A stretch of 24,000 nt of DNA, taken from assembly GCF_014196295.1 (NCBI RefSeq), contig NZ_JACIDK010000002.1:825768-849767 (forward strand), given 5' to 3'. Source of the stretch: Phenylobacterium haematophilum. Lineage in GTDB: Bacteria; Pseudomonadota; Alphaproteobacteria; Caulobacterales; Caulobacteraceae. The notes beneath the pieces are model-generated. The model saw nothing but the letters and a program-made list of their open reading frames with translations, had not been told where the DNA came from and searched no databases. This document shows, piece after piece, positions 1 to 9,611 of this stretch. Every line of letters begins with the position of its first letter. Position 1 is the first letter of the stretch. Position numbers and translations under genes: made by a program.

Positions 1-1
1 C

Positions 2-1315
2 ACCGACGAGGACGCGCAGGTCGCCAAGGCGGTCGAGGACCTGAACGCCAAGGGCGCGGTCAGCGACGCCGACGAGGCCGCCGCCTTCGCCCTGTTCGAC
101 GAGAAGGTCAGCCTGGCCGACCTCGACCGGCTCTATCCGCTGGCCGCGGCGCGCGGGAAGTCCGAGCCGGACTATCGCGACCGGGCCCGCAAGCTGACCG
201 CCGAACTTCAGGCGCGGCGCGCCGGTTACTTCCTGCTGTGGCGCCATTTCGCCAAGGTGACCAAGGTCGCTCTCGAGCGTGACTTCCACGCCCTGGGTGT
301 CGATTTCGACCTCTGGAAGGGCGAGAGCGACGTCGACGAGCTGATCAAGCCGATGGTTGAGGACCTCGAGGCCAAGGGCCTGCTGGTCGAGGACCAGGGC
401 GCGCGCATCGTGCATGTCGCCGGTCCGAACGAGACCAAGAAGAAGAAGCTGCCGGACGGCTCGGTGGTCGTGGTTCCGAGCCCCGACCCGCTGCTGGTGG
501 TCTCCTCGGAAGGCTCGGCCATGTACGGCACGACCGACCTGGCGACGATCCTCGACCGCAAGCAGACCTTCGGTCCCGACCACGTGCTCTACGCCGTGGA
601 CCAGCGCCAGGCCGACCACTTCGAGATCGTGTTCCGCGCCGCCTATCTGGCCGGCTACGCGGAGAAGGGCAGCCTGGAGCATGTCGGCTTCGGCACGATG
701 AACGGGACCGACGGCAAGCCGTTCAAGACCCGCGAAGGCGGCGTCCTGAAGCTGAACGACATGATCGTCATGACCCGCGACAAGGCGCGCGAGCGCCTGC
801 ATGAGGCGGGCCTGGGCGCCGAGCTCGACCCCGACACCTTCGAGGACACCGCCCACAAGGTGGCGGTCGCGGCGCTGAAGTTCGCCGACCTGCAGAACTT
901 CCGCGGCACGTCCTACGTCTTCGACCTGGACCGCTTCTCGAGCTTTGAGGGCAAGACCGGGCCGTACCTGCTGTACCAGGCGGTGCGGGTGAAGTCGGTG
1001 CTGCGCAAGGCGCAGGCCGAGGGCGCCGCGCCGGGGCCGATCGTGGTCGCCGAACCGGCCGAGCGCGACCTGGTGCTGCTGCTCGACGCCTACGACCAGG
1101 CGCTGATCGACGCCTACGACAAGAAGGCCCCGAACTTCGTGGCCGAGCACGCCTACAAGCTGGCCCAGGCGTTCTCGAAGTTCTATGCGGCCTGCCCGAT
1201 CCTCAGCGCCGAACCGGCGGTGAAGGCCTCGCGTCTGGCCCTGGCCGAGACAACCCTGCGTCAGCTGGAGCAAGCGCTGGACCTGCTGGGCATCGCCGCC
1301 ACCGACCGGATGTAG
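2..1315 (+). CDS. argS: arginine--tRNA ligase, 3' partial (N-terminus upstream of window)
   Basis: Frame 2 is open from the window edge to TAG at 1313-1315, so the track's GTG at 257 is internal. The translation shows the class I ArgRS catalytic-core end and anticodon-binding domain (...[11 protein letters not shown]..., ...[20 protein letters not shown]..., ...[15 protein letters not shown]...) and ends in ...TDRM, the typical ArgRS C-terminal Met. Confidence 0.88.
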   Translation, partial: TDEDAQVAKAVEDLNAKGAVSDADEAAAFALFDEKVSLADLDRLYPLAAARGKSEPDYRDRARKLTAELQARRAGYFLLWRHFAKVTKVALERDFHALGVDFDLWKGESDVDELIKPMVEDLEAKGLLVEDQGARIVHVAGPNETKKKKLPDGSVVVVPSPDPLLVVSSEGSAMYGTTDLATILDRKQTFGPDHVLYAVDQRQADHFEIVFRAAYLAGYAEKGSLEHVGFGTMNGTDGKPFKTREGGVLKLNDMIVMTRDKARERLHEAGLGAELDPDTFEDTAHKVAVAALKFADLQNFRGTSYVFDLDRFSSFEGKTGPYLLYQAVRVKSVLRKAQAEGAAPGPIVVAEPAERDLVLLLDAYDQALIDAYDKKAPNFVAEHAYKLAQAFSKFYAACPILSAEPAVKASRLALAETTLRQLEQALDLLGIAATDRM

Positions 1316-1323
1316 GACGCTTC

Positions 1324-1348
1324 GCCTGGGGCGCTCAGCGTCCCAGGC
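1324..1348 (+). terminator. GC-rich stem-loop 9 nt after the argS stop (candidate terminator, no U-tract)
   Basis: gcctggggcgc-tca-gcgtcccaggc gives an 11-bp stem with one G.U pair and a 3-nt loop. No T-run follows, so intrinsic termination is unproven. Confidence 0.35.
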
Positions 1349-1496
1349 CCGCACCGTACTTGGCGGATTGCATCGTGGGCGGAGCCGCAGCATGGGGGCC
1401 TGCCCTGCGACGCCCGCGCGCAGATCGTCACAAGCGCTCGGCTGGCGGCGCGTGGCGCATTGACTCCCCTTCGGCGATCGAAGAGTTATGCGGCGA

Positions 1497-1685
1497 CTCT
1501 CGCGGGAGAGATCGGACCTTTCGGGGTCCGGAGCCGAAGGCGCAACCGCCCCGGAAACGCTCAGGCAAAAGGACCGCGCGAGCTGATGAACGCTGGAAAG
1601 TAGCGCCGGGCGACCGGAGCTCGCCGAAGGAGCAAGGGACCGCGTGGTCCTGAAATCTCTCAGGCTCAGGGACAGCGGGGGCGCG
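1497..1685 (+). promoter_or_regulatory. tandem glycine riboswitch (two aptamers) in the gcvT leader
   Basis: Aptamer 1: GGGAGAG (1504-1510), GCCGAAGGCGCAA (1533-1545), CTCAGGCAAAAGGAC (1560-1574). Aptamer 2: CTGGAAAG (1593-1600), CGCCGAAGGAGCAA (1622-1635), CTCTCAGGCTCAGGGACAG (1657-1675). These match the conserved cores of the glycine riboswitch family, which classically sits upstream of gcvT. A TTGACT -35-like hexamer lies at 1460-1465. Confidence 0.9.
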
Positions 1686-1743
1686 AACGTCGCGAGGGCA
1701 TGACCCTGACGCGCGCTCGCGATGTCATCAGCCGGAGTCCGCC

Positions 1744-2856
1744 GTGTCCGACGAGACCTTGAAGACCACCCCGCTCAACGCCGCGCACATCGCTGCGGGC
1801 GCCCGCATGGTTCCGTTCGCCGGCTACTCCATGCCGGTGCAGTACAAGGACGGGGTGCTGAAGGAACACCTCTGGACCCGTGAGAACGCCGGCCTGTTCG
1901 ACGTCTCGCACATGGGCCAGGCCCGCCTGCGCGGGGTCTCGCCGCTGTCGGCCTTCGAGGAGGTCACGCCTGGCGACTTCATCGGCCTGAAGCCCGGCAA
2001 GCAGCGCTACTCGGTGCTGCTGAACAAGAAGGGCGGCATCATTGACGACCTGATGGCCGCGCGTCCGGACGATGACGGCCTGTTCGTGGTGGTCAACGGC
2101 GCCTGCAAGGACAACGACTTCAAGGTCATCGACGACGAACTGGCCGGCCAGGTGCGCATCGAGCGTCTGGAGGACCGCGCGCTGCTGGCGCTGCAGGGTC
2201 CGAAGGCCGCTGCGGTGCTGGCCGAGCATGCCCCGGACGCCGCGGGCATGGTGTTCATGGACGCGCGGGCGATGACCGCCTTTGGGACCGACGCCATCGT
2301 CTCGCGCTCGGGCTACACCGGCGAGGACGGCTACGAATTCTCGATCCCCGCCTCGGAGGCCGAGCGGGTCTGGAACACCCTGCTGGCCGACGAGCGCGTG
2401 AAGCCCATCGGCCTGGGCGCGCGCGACAGCCTGCGCCTGGAGGCCGGTCTGCCGCTCTACGGCCACGACGTCGATGAGACGGTGAGCCCGGTCGAAGCCG
2501 ACCTGGCGTTCTCGGTCTCCAAGAAGCGTCGCGATGCGCGCGACTTCCCGGGAGCGGCCCGCATCGCCAAGGAGCTGGCCGAGGGCGTCAGCCGCAAGCG
2601 CGTCGGTCTGGTTGTTCTGGAAGGCGCCCCGGCCCGCGAGGGCGCGGAGATCGCCGACGAGGCCGGCGCCGTGATCGGCGTCGTCACCTCGGGCGGGTTC
2701 TCGCCGAGCCTCGGCAAGCCCATCGCCATGGGCTTCGTGCCGCCGGCCCATGCCGAACCCGGTTCGAAGCTGAAAGTCATTGTTAGGGGCAAGGCCCAGG
2801 CCGCAGAGGTCGTCGCCATGCCCTTCATTCCCCATCGCTACGTTCGCAAGCTCTGA
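1744..2856 (+). CDS. gcvT: glycine cleavage system aminomethyltransferase (T protein)
   Basis: 370-aa ORF with a GTG start and GGAG 6 nt upstream. N-terminus ...[26 protein letters not shown]...[18 protein letters not shown] is typical GcvT. It is followed by gcvH and gcvP. Confidence 0.95.
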   Translation: MSDETLKTTPLNAAHIAAGARMVPFAGYSMPVQYKDGVLKEHLWTRENAGLFDVSHMGQARLRGVSPLSAFEEVTPGDFIGLKPGKQRYSVLLNKKGGIIDDLMAARPDDDGLFVVVNGACKDNDFKVIDDELAGQVRIERLEDRALLALQGPKAAAVLAEHAPDAAGMVFMDARAMTAFGTDAIVSRSGYTGEDGYEFSIPASEAERVWNTLLADERVKPIGLGARDSLRLEAGLPLYGHDVDETVSPVEADLAFSVSKKRRDARDFPGAARIAKELAEGVSRKRVGLVVLEGAPAREGAEIADEAGAVIGVVTSGGFSPSLGKPIAMGFVPPAHAEPGSKLKVIVRGKAQAAEVVAMPFIPHRYVRKL

Positions 2857-2869
2857 GAGGGCCCTCCCA

Positions 2870-3235
2870 ATGCGTTTCACCAAGGATCACGAGTGGGTCG
2901 TCGTCGAGGGCGACGTGGCCACCATCGGCATCACCGCCTACGCCGCCGAGCAACTGGGCGACGTCGTGTTCGTCGAGGTCCCGGAAGCGGGCAAGACCGT
3001 GAAGGCCGGCGACAACCTGGCCGTGGTCGAGAGCGTCAAGGCCGCCTCAGACGTCTACGCCCCGGTCTCGGGCGAGGTCGTCGAGGGCAACGCCGCGCTG
3101 GGCGACGCGCCGGAGACAGTCAACGACCAGCCGGAAGGCCTGGGCTGGTTCGCCAAGGTCAAGCTGGCCAACCCGGCCGAGGTCGAGGCGCTGATGGACC
3201 GCGACGCCTACGAAGCCTTCCTGGGCACGCTGTAA
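2870..3235 (+). CDS. gcvH: glycine cleavage system H protein (lipoyl carrier)
   Basis: ATG at 2870 ([10 protein letters not shown]...) with GAGG upstream. Lipoyl-lysine motif [18 protein letters not shown] is present. The track ORF start at 2780 overlaps the gcvT 3' end and is not used. Confidence 0.95.
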   Translation: MRFTKDHEWVVVEGDVATIGITAYAAEQLGDVVFVEVPEAGKTVKAGDNLAVVESVKAASDVYAPVSGEVVEGNAALGDAPETVNDQPEGLGWFAKVKLANPAEVEALMDRDAYEAFLGTL

Positions 3236-3310
3236 TCAACACCGCCGACCCCGGCGCAGGCCGGGGCCCATGCCGACGCGCCGCTCGCAGGAGCGGGGAG
3301 TGACGACACC

Positions 3311-4654
3311 ATGAGATACCTGCCCCTTTCCCCGGCCGACCGCGCGCAGATGCTGGCGACCATCGGCGCGGCGTCGATCGACGACCTGTTCGTCGATGTG
3401 CCGCAGGCGGCCCGCAAGGCCGACCTGTTCGACCTGCCGCTGCACGCCGGCGAACTGGAGGTCGAGCGCGAGCTGGCCGGCCTGGCGGCGATGAACCGCC
3501 CGGCGGGGGCGGGGCCGTTCTTCTGCGGGGCGGGGGCCTACAAGCACCATGTCCCGGCGACGGTGGATCACATCATCCAGCGCTCGGAGTTCCTGACCAG
3601 CTACACGCCGTACCAGCCGGAAATCGCGCAGGGCACGCTGCAGGTGCTGTTCGAGTTCCAGACCCAGGTCGCGGCCCTGACGGGGCTCGATGTGGCCAAC
3701 GCCTCGATGTACGACGGCTCCACGGCCTGCGCCGAGGCGGTCATGATGGCCCAGCGCGTCACCCGCCGGAAGAAGGCGGTGCTGTCGGGCGGCCTGCATC
3801 CGCACTATGCGGCGACCACGCAGACCATCGCTCATGCCGAGGGCATGGACATCGTGCGCCAGGCCGCGGCGATCGACGCCGAAGCCGCCGTGCTCGACGC
3901 GATCGACAGCGACACCGCCGCGGTGGTGGTGCAGACCCCGAACGTCTTCGGCGTGGTCACCGACGTGAGCAAGATCGCGCAGGCGGCCCACGCGGCCGGC
4001 GCCCTGTTGATCGTGGTGACGACGGAAGCGGTCTCCTACGGCCTGCTGAAGTCGCCGGGCGAGATGGGCGCCGACATCGCCGTGGCCGAGGGCCAGTCGA
4101 TCGGCAACGGCCTGAACTTCGGCGGCCCCTATGTCGGCCTCTTCGCCTGTCGCGAAAAGCTGGTGCGGCAGATGCCGGGCCGCCTGTGCGGCGAAACGGT
4201 CGACGCCGAGGGCCGGCGCGGCTTCGTGCTGACGCTCTCGACCCGCGAGCAGCACATCCGCCGCGAGAAGGCGACGTCGAACATCTGCACCAACTCGGGG
4301 CTCTGCGCCCTGGCCTTCACCATCCACCTGTCGCTGCTGGGCGAGACGGGGCTGCGCCAGCTGGCCGCCCTGAACCACGCCAAGGCCCGCGAGCTGCGCG
4401 ACGCCCTGGCGGCCGTGCCGGGCGTGGAGGTGCTGACCCCGCGGTTCTTCAACGAGTTCGCGATCCGCCTGAAGGGCGATGCGGCCGCCGCGGTCGAGGC
4501 CCTGCTGGCCGACGGCGTCGTCGCCGGCGTGCCGTTCTCGCGGCTCGACCCGGCCGCCGGTATGGACGACGTCCTGCTGGTCGCCGCGACCGAGACCACC
4601 ACCACCCAGGACATCCAGACCTTCGCCCAGGCGCTCGCCGGGAGGACCGCGTAA
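3311..4654 (+). CDS. gcvPA: glycine dehydrogenase (decarboxylating) subunit 1
   Basis: 447 aa beginning [15 protein letters not shown]..., with [14 protein letters not shown], typical of the split P-protein alpha subunit. GGGGAG lies 10 nt upstream. Confidence 0.95.
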   Translation: MRYLPLSPADRAQMLATIGAASIDDLFVDVPQAARKADLFDLPLHAGELEVERELAGLAAMNRPAGAGPFFCGAGAYKHHVPATVDHIIQRSEFLTSYTPYQPEIAQGTLQVLFEFQTQVAALTGLDVANASMYDGSTACAEAVMMAQRVTRRKKAVLSGGLHPHYAATTQTIAHAEGMDIVRQAAAIDAEAAVLDAIDSDTAAVVVQTPNVFGVVTDVSKIAQAAHAAGALLIVVTTEAVSYGLLKSPGEMGADIAVAEGQSIGNGLNFGGPYVGLFACREKLVRQMPGRLCGETVDAEGRRGFVLTLSTREQHIRREKATSNICTNSGLCALAFTIHLSLLGETGLRQLAALNHAKARELRDALAAVPGVEVLTPRFFNEFAIRLKGDAAAAVEALLADGVVAGVPFSRLDPAAGMDDVLLVAATETTTTQDIQTFAQALAGRTA

Positions 4655-6237
4655 TGACCATGCAGAACGTTGGACGTCCGACCCGTCCGGAAGGCGCCGC
4701 CGAAGCGACCGGCCACACCTCGCTGACCGGGGGCCGCGGCCTGCTGCAGGACGAGGCGCTGATCTTCGAACTCGGCGGCTGGGACAAGACCGGCGTCGAC
4801 CTGGCCCCGGCGTCGCAGGACGCCTCGGACCTCGGCGACCTGGTGCGGGCTGCGCCGATCGGCCTGCCGGGCCTGTCCGAGCCGGAGGCGATGCGCCACT
4901 ATGTGCGCCTGTCTCAGAAGAACCACGCGATCGACCTGGCGCTCTATCCGCTGGGCTCGTGCACGATGAAGCACAATCCGCGCCTGAACGAGAAGATGGC
5001 GCGCCTGGCCGGCTTCGCCGACCTGCACCCGCTGGCTCCGCAGGCCACGGTCCAGGGCGCGCTGGCGCTGATGGACCGCCTGGCCCACTGGCTGAAGACC
5101 CTGACCGGCATGCCTGCAGTGGCGCTGTCGCCGAAGGCCGGCGCGCACGGCGAGCTCTGCGGGCTGCTGGCCATCAAGGCGGCGCACGAGGCGAACGGGC
5201 AGGGGCATCGCCGAACCGTTCTGGTCCCGACCTCGGCCCACGGCACCAACCCGGCCACCGCCGCCTTCGTCGGCTACTCGGTGGTCGAGATCGCCCAGAC
5301 CGAGGACGGCCGCGTCGACACCGCGGATCTCGCCGCCAAGCTGTCGCCCGACGTGGCGGCGATCATGGTCACCAACCCCAACACCTGCGGCCTGTTCGAA
5401 CGCGACATCCTGGAGATCTCGCGCCTGACCCACGAGGCCGGGGCCTACTTCTACTGCGACGGCGCCAACTTCAACGCCATCGTCGGTCGGGTGCGTCCGG
5501 GCGACCTGGGCGTCGACGCCATGCACATCAACCTGCACAAGACCTTCTCGACGCCGCATGGCGGCGGCGGGCCGGGCGCCGGTCCGGTGGTGCTGTCGCA
5601 GGCCCTGGCGGCCTTCGCGCCGGCCCCCTGGGTGGTGTCGGACGCAGACGGCTTCAAGCTGGTCGAGGAGACCGTTGAGGAAGCCGCCCAGGGCTTTGGC
5701 CGCATGAGCGCCTTCCACGGCCAGATGGGCATGTTCGTCCGCGCCTACGCCTACATGGTCAGCCACGGGACCGACGGCCTGCGCCAGGTCGCCGAGGACG
5801 CGGTCCTGAACGCCAACTACATCAAGGCGCGGCTGTCGCCGGTGATGAGCCCGGCTTTCCCGGAAGGCCCGTGCATGCACGAGGCGCTGTTCGACGACGC
5901 CTGGCTGGACGGCACCGGTGTTACCACGCTCGACTTCGCCAAGGCGATGATCGACGAGGGCTTCCACCCGATGACCATGTACTTCCCGCTGGTCGTCCAC
6001 GGGGCGATGCTGATCGAGCCGACCGAGACTGAACCCAAGCACGAGCTGGACCGGTTCTGCGAGGCGCTGACCGCCCTGGCCCACGCGGCCAAGGCCGGCG
6101 ACGCCGAGCGCTTCAAGGGGGCCCCCTACCTGGCCCCGCTACGCCGCCTGGACGAGACTCTGGCCGCCCGCAAGCCGCGTCTGACGTGGCGGCCCGAGGC
6201 TCAAGGTGTGTCTCCGGCGCCGCTCGCGGCTGAATAG
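4654..6237 (+). CDS. gcvPB: glycine dehydrogenase (decarboxylating) subunit 2
   Basis: ATG at 4654 overlaps the gcvPA stop (TAATG), suggesting translational coupling. PLP-lysine region INLHKTFSTPHGGGGPG is present. The upstream part of the track ORF (4186-4653) runs out of frame through gcvPA. Confidence 0.93.
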   Translation: MTMQNVGRPTRPEGAAEATGHTSLTGGRGLLQDEALIFELGGWDKTGVDLAPASQDASDLGDLVRAAPIGLPGLSEPEAMRHYVRLSQKNHAIDLALYPLGSCTMKHNPRLNEKMARLAGFADLHPLAPQATVQGALALMDRLAHWLKTLTGMPAVALSPKAGAHGELCGLLAIKAAHEANGQGHRRTVLVPTSAHGTNPATAAFVGYSVVEIAQTEDGRVDTADLAAKLSPDVAAIMVTNPNTCGLFERDILEISRLTHEAGAYFYCDGANFNAIVGRVRPGDLGVDAMHINLHKTFSTPHGGGGPGAGPVVLSQALAAFAPAPWVVSDADGFKLVEETVEEAAQGFGRMSAFHGQMGMFVRAYAYMVSHGTDGLRQVAEDAVLNANYIKARLSPVMSPAFPEGPCMHEALFDDAWLDGTGVTTLDFAKAMIDEGFHPMTMYFPLVVHGAMLIEPTETEPKHELDRFCEALTALAHAAKAGDAERFKGAPYLAPLRRLDETLAARKPRLTWRPEAQGVSPAPLAAE

Positions 6238-6373
6238 CCACAAGTGGACGAAATTTAACCGCAGGGTCGCCTTTACGAGTCCTAGATACGTTCTCATATC
6301 GCAGGACGCCCGACCGCTGGTCCTCCCCAGTTCGGCGCGCGGGCTCAATCCAGGTTTGAACGTGTCACTCGCC

Positions 6374-6760
6374 ATGCCCAGCGTGCGCGGCAATCGCGCC
6401 ACCGACGACGTCACCCGCGATCTCGCGGGTCGACTCGTGCGCTTCGGCCTAGTCGTCGTCGGCGGGCTGATCGTCGTCGCCGGAATCCTCATCGCGCCTC
6501 TGCCGGGCCCGGGCGGGATCCCGGTGATCGTCGTCGGGTTGATGGTGATCCTGCGGAACTCGTTCAAGGCGCGGCGGCAGTTCGTCCGCCTGCATCATGC
6601 GCACCCCCGGATGATCTCGCCGATCCGGCGGCTGCTGCGGCGGGACCCGCAAATCCTGAAGATGTCCTGGCATCAGGCTTTGAAGATCGAGCGTCTTCTG
6701 GCGCCTAAGGGCCTTCGCTTCATGGTTCGCAGCCGGCGCCTTTTCAGACGCCGGCGCTAA
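6374..6760 (+). CDS. small two-TM membrane protein, PGPGW-like, with a strongly basic C-terminal tail
   Basis: High third-position GC in this frame. Hydrophobic hairpin FGLVVVGGLIVVAGILIAPLPGPGGIPVIVVGLMVIL is followed by an R/K-rich tail ending RRLFRRRR. The start was chosen at ATG 6374; GTG 6362 or the far upstream 6206 cannot be excluded. The family assignment (PF09656-like) is from memory of the PGPG motif. Confidence 0.6.
   Translation: MPSVRGNRATDDVTRDLAGRLVRFGLVVVGGLIVVAGILIAPLPGPGGIPVIVVGLMVILRNSFKARRQFVRLHHAHPRMISPIRRLLRRDPQILKMSWHQALKIERLLAPKGLRFMVRSRRLFRRRR
6732..6755. terminator. stem-loop in the convergent junction between the PGPGW-like gene and atpF (candidate bidirectional terminator)
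   Basis: gccggcg-ccttttcaga-cgccggc gives a 7-bp GC stem. It lies at the 3' end of the plus-strand CDS and 17 nt beyond the atpF stop on the minus strand. Only 11 nt separate the two stop codons and no U-tract flanks the stem. Confidence 0.25.
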
Positions 6761-6771
6761 ACCGTTAGTTC

Positions 6772-7275
6772 CTACTGGAGCTTGGAGCCCAGCTGGCTGA
6801 TCGCACGGTCGACCAGCGGATCAGTCTTCGCGCCCGACAGGCGCTTGGTCAGCACCACCTCGGCGGCCTGAGCGGCCAGGTCGGCGGCGGCGGCCTTCAC
6901 CTCAGCCGCGGCTTGCGCCTCGGCGTTGGCGATCTTGCGCTCGGCGAGCTGCTGACGGCGAGCCAGGCTCTCCTCCAGCTTCGCCTTGGCTTCGGCCTCG
7001 TAGCGACGGGCTTCTTCCTGAGCGGTGGCGAGCATGTCCTTGGCTTGCGCCTCGGCTTCTGCACGCTCGGCCTTCAGTTGGGTCAGCAGGCGCTGAGCTT
7101 CCTCGCGGATGCGGGCGGCCTCGTCCAGGTCGGCCTGGATCTTGGCGGCCTTGGCGTCCAGGGCGGCGTTGATGGCCTTCGGGGCCTTGGCCACGAAGAT
7201 CACGATGCCGAGGAAGATCAGCAGGCCGACGCCGACCCAGAACTCCGCGTTGGCGGGATTAAGGAAAGCGGGCAT
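6772..7275 (-). CDS. atpF: F0F1 ATP synthase subunit b
   Basis: 167 aa with an N-terminal TM segment ([17 protein letters not shown]), then a long A/E/K/R coiled-coil typical of the b stalk. Its ATG shares one nucleotide with the stop of the preceding b-prime gene (TGATG). Confidence 0.9.
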   Translation of the reverse strand: MPAFLNPANAEFWVGVGLLIFLGIVIFVAKAPKAINAALDAKAAKIQADLDEAARIREEAQRLLTQLKAERAEAEAQAKDMLATAQEEARRYEAEAKAKLEESLARRQQLAERKIANAEAQAAAEVKAAAADLAAQAAEVVLTKRLSGAKTDPLVDRAISQLGSKLQ

Positions 7276-7877
7276 CAGGCGGCTCCTTGAACGCGAGCGG
7301 CGAGCGCCGCGTCGATCTCGGCCGCGGTCACCTTCTGACCCGTCAGCTTCTCGACCATGGCCTGGGCCGTCTCGCCGGCGATGCCGCGGACGTTGGACAT
7401 GGCCTGGTCGCGCAGGCCGCGGATGCGGGCCTCGGCCTCATCCATCTGGGCCTGAAGACGGGCGTCTTCGGCCTTCTGGCTGGCGGCGAGTTCAGCAGCG
7501 GCCTTGGCCTTGGCTTCGACGGCGAGGCCGCGCGCGCGAGCGCGGGCTTCATCGATCTCGGCCTGGGCGGCCTTGGCTTGCGCCTCGGCTTCAGCCTGGA
7601 CGCTGCGGGCCTGGGTCACCGCGTCGGCGATGGTCGCCGCGCGGGTGTCCTGGATCTTGCGGAGCCGAGGAATGAAGACCTTGGCCAGCAGGATGTAGAG
7701 GACAGCGAAGATGAGGAAGAGCCAGACGATCTGGCCGCCCCAATGTTCGAACTCGAACTGGGGCAGGCCACCTCCGCTCTCGCCGCCGCCATGGGCGGCG
7801 ACTTCCGTCACGCCGTCCGGAGCGTGAGCCCCGTGTTCGGCGGCGACGGCCTCGTGGGATGTGGTCTCGGCGGCCAT
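7275..7877 (-). CDS. atpF2: F0F1 ATP synthase subunit b-prime
   Basis: 200 aa containing [35 protein letters not shown] followed by a coiled-coil. It has the position and features of the alphaproteobacterial b-prime paralog. Confidence 0.88.
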   Translation of the reverse strand: MAAETTSHEAVAAEHGAHAPDGVTEVAAHGGGESGGGLPQFEFEHWGGQIVWLFLIFAVLYILLAKVFIPRLRKIQDTRAATIADAVTQARSVQAEAEAQAKAAQAEIDEARARARGLAVEAKAKAAAELAASQKAEDARLQAQMDEAEARIRGLRDQAMSNVRGIAGETAQAMVEKLTGQKVTAAEIDAALAARVQGAA

Positions 7878-7899
7878 AAGGCTTAGGCGTCCTTATAAA

Positions 7900-7945
7900 C
7901 GCAGGTCAGGGCGCGACGATGACGACGCGCCCCTCGGGACCTGCG
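7900..7945 (-). terminator. compound stem-loop between atpE and atpF2 (intra-operon attenuator or mRNA-stabiliser candidate)
   Basis: On the minus strand: cgcaggtc-ccgag-gggcgcg-tcgtcatcgt-cgcgccc-t-gacctgcg, followed by TTTATAAGG. The outer stem is 8 bp (7900-7907 with 7938-7945) and the inner stem 7 bp (7909-7915 with 7926-7932). It starts 9 nt after the atpE stop. Confidence 0.45.
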
Positions 7946-7954
7946 GATCTGGCT

Positions 7955-8179
7955 TTAGGAGAACAGGATGAGCAGGCCGAGCACGAAGGCCAGAATGCCC
8001 AGAGCTTCGGTCAGAGCCGCGCCGAGGATGAGGTTGGTGAACTGGCCGCCGGCGGCCGACGGGTTGCGCGTGGCGCCCGCCAGGAAGTGGCCGAAGATGG
8101 TGCCCACGCCGATGCCGGCGCCGATCATGCCCAGGGTAGCGAGGCCAGCGCCGATGAACTTAGCGGCTTCAGCGTCCAT
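7955..8179 (-). CDS. atpE: F0F1 ATP synthase subunit c
   Basis: 74-aa hairpin proteolipid with a GxGxGxG-type helix ([11 protein letters not shown]), polar loop TRNP, and the conserved carboxylate in ALTEALGI. Confidence 0.95.
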   Translation of the reverse strand: MDAEAAKFIGAGLATLGMIGAGIGVGTIFGHFLAGATRNPSAAGGQFTNLILGAALTEALGILAFVLGLLILFS

Positions 8180-8231
8180 AGTTTTCAGTCCCGTTTGAAA
8201 GTTGAAGAGGGTTGTTGAGTGCGACGGCCGA

Positions 8232-9017
8232 TCAGTGGTGATGGCCGAGGTTGACCACGTCGTTGAGATAGACGCAGGCCAGAACCGCGAAGACGAACGC
8301 CTGCAGGAAGGCGACCAGGAACTCGAGGGCCGTCAGAGCGACGACGCCGCCCAGCGAGAGAGCCGCCGCAACATAGGCGAGGGAGGCGACGCCGCCGGTG
8401 GCGGCCAGAGCGCCCAGCGAGATGATGAAGCCGGCGAAGACCTTCATGGCCACGTGGCCGCCCAGCATGTTGCCGAACAGACGAAGGGCGAGAGTCACCG
8501 GACGCAGCAGGAAGGACAGAATCTCGATCGGGGTGACCAGGATCAGCATGTACCAGGGGATGCCGGACGGGACGAACAGCTTGTACATGTTCGCGCCGTT
8601 GCGCAGGACGCCGTAGATGATGACGATCAGCATGGTCATCACCGCGAGCGAGGCGGTCACCGCCAGCTGCGAGGTGGCCGTGAAGACCAGGAACATGCCC
8701 AGCATGTTCATCATCAGGATGAACATGAACAGGGTCAGGATGTAGGGGAAGAACTTGCGCCCTTCGTGGCCGATGATCCCGGTCACGAGGTCGTCGATGT
8801 AGCTGAACATCCCCTCGCCGATGACCTGCAGCCGGCCCGGCACGACCGCGGCCTTGGCGGTGGTCACGGCGAAGAACAGGATCACCAGGGTCGCGGCCGC
8901 CAACATGGCGACAGTCGAATTGGTGATCGACATGTCGATCGCGCCGACGCCCGGCAGAGTGAACGAAGGCAGATCCACGACCTTGTGGATCTCGAACTGA
9001 TGCATCGGGTCGGCCAT
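8232..9017 (-). CDS. atpB: F0F1 ATP synthase subunit a
   Basis: 261-aa polytopic membrane protein with N-terminal DPMHQFEI and the conserved stator arginine region [18 protein letters not shown]. Confidence 0.93.
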   Translation of the reverse strand: MADPMHQFEIHKVVDLPSFTLPGVGAIDMSITNSTVAMLAAATLVILFFAVTTAKAAVVPGRLQVIGEGMFSYIDDLVTGIIGHEGRKFFPYILTLFMFILMMNMLGMFLVFTATSQLAVTASLAVMTMLIVIIYGVLRNGANMYKLFVPSGIPWYMLILVTPIEILSFLLRPVTLALRLFGNMLGGHVAMKVFAGFIISLGALAATGGVASLAYVAAALSLGGVVALTALEFLVAFLQAFVFAVLACVYLNDVVNLGHHH

Positions 9018-9033
9018 GCCGCCTCGAACTCCC

Positions 9034-9384
9034 TCAATCGTCCTCGTCGTCGGGGGGGAGGTCCTGAACGGGTCCCCACTCCCTCGCCGCTTCGGCGCTC
9101 ATGCGCTGGGCCGAACGAACGGCCATCCAAATAGAAACCCCGAAGCCCACCAGGACCCCGATGATCATCCCCCAAGGCGCCGTCTTCAGAACGACGTCCG
9201 CCCCAGCTCCGAAGCCCAGCCCCACAAAGACGCCGCCTATCAGCACGCCCATGAGGCGATAGCCGTAGCCGGCGGCCTTGGAACCGTAGTCGCGCACGAC
9301 CGGGGTAGTGCGCTGTTCAAGCGCCGCAGCCCTTTCGTCGAGGCGCTTAATAGCCTCGTCGCGCGAATTGTCCGGATGCGGCAT
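9034..9384 (-). CDS. atpI: AtpI/AtpZ-like small membrane protein preceding atpB
   Basis: Two TM helices (LMGVLIGGVFVGLGFGAGA and WGMIIGVLVGFGVSIWMAV) immediately upstream of atpB. ATG 9384 is preferred over the track's TTG at 9438, because the promoter-like site at 9451-9476 would place the transcription start around 9440. Confidence 0.7.
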   Translation of the reverse strand: MPHPDNSRDEAIKRLDERAAALEQRTTPVVRDYGSKAAGYGYRLMGVLIGGVFVGLGFGAGADVVLKTAPWGMIIGVLVGFGVSIWMAVRSAQRMSAEAAREWGPVQDLPPDDEDD

Positions 9385-9450
9385 GCGTCGGGCGGCCTTT
9401 TGGAACCACGACGTCGCCCGCCGCGGCCGGGGCTTCAAGTCGCGCGGAAC

Positions 9451-9476
9451 CTATAGGCGCGGGTGCGGTGCGTCAA
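9451..9476 (-). promoter_or_regulatory. candidate sigma-70-type promoter of the atp F0 operon
   Basis: Minus strand reads TTGACGC (9470-9476), a 12-nt spacer, then CCTATAGG (9450-9457). The -35 matches the Caulobacter housekeeping consensus TTGACGS exactly. The -10 matches GCTANAWC only partly. Confidence 0.4.
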
Positions 9477-9611
9477 GGCTGGGGTTGTGCGATTTAGCGC
9501 GTTGTAATTGCTTGGGAAAATGGCGTCGCGACAACTCGTCCACCGCCTGCGGCGCTTGCTTGTCGGGAACTGGCGTTAGCTACGGCGCAGATTCCCTTGA
9601 GGAACCTAGGC

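Noticed and set aside
1360-1653. 97-aa plus-strand ORF between argS and gcvT
   Set aside because: It lies on top of the glycine riboswitch aptamers. It has Arg/Gly/Pro-rich composition typical of random GC-rich translation and no RBS.
1666-2883. 405-aa minus-strand ORF antisense to gcvT
   Set aside because: This is a shadow ORF in GC-rich DNA. The plus-strand frame encodes an unmistakable GcvT, while the antisense translation is low-complexity (R/G/A/H-rich) with no recognisable domain.
3236-6084. 380-aa and 651-aa minus-strand ORFs, plus 683-aa and 399-aa alternative plus-frame ORFs across gcvPA/gcvPB
   Set aside because: They are antisense or out of frame relative to clearly identifiable P-protein subunits. 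The 4186-4653 part of the 683-aa ORF is only the upstream open extension of the gcvPB frame through gcvPA.
6139-6567. 142-aa minus-strand ORF opposite the PGPGW-like gene
   Set aside because: The plus frame has high GC3 and two clean TM helices. The minus frame is Pro/Arg/Thr-rich without structure and would overlap the gcvPB 3' end.
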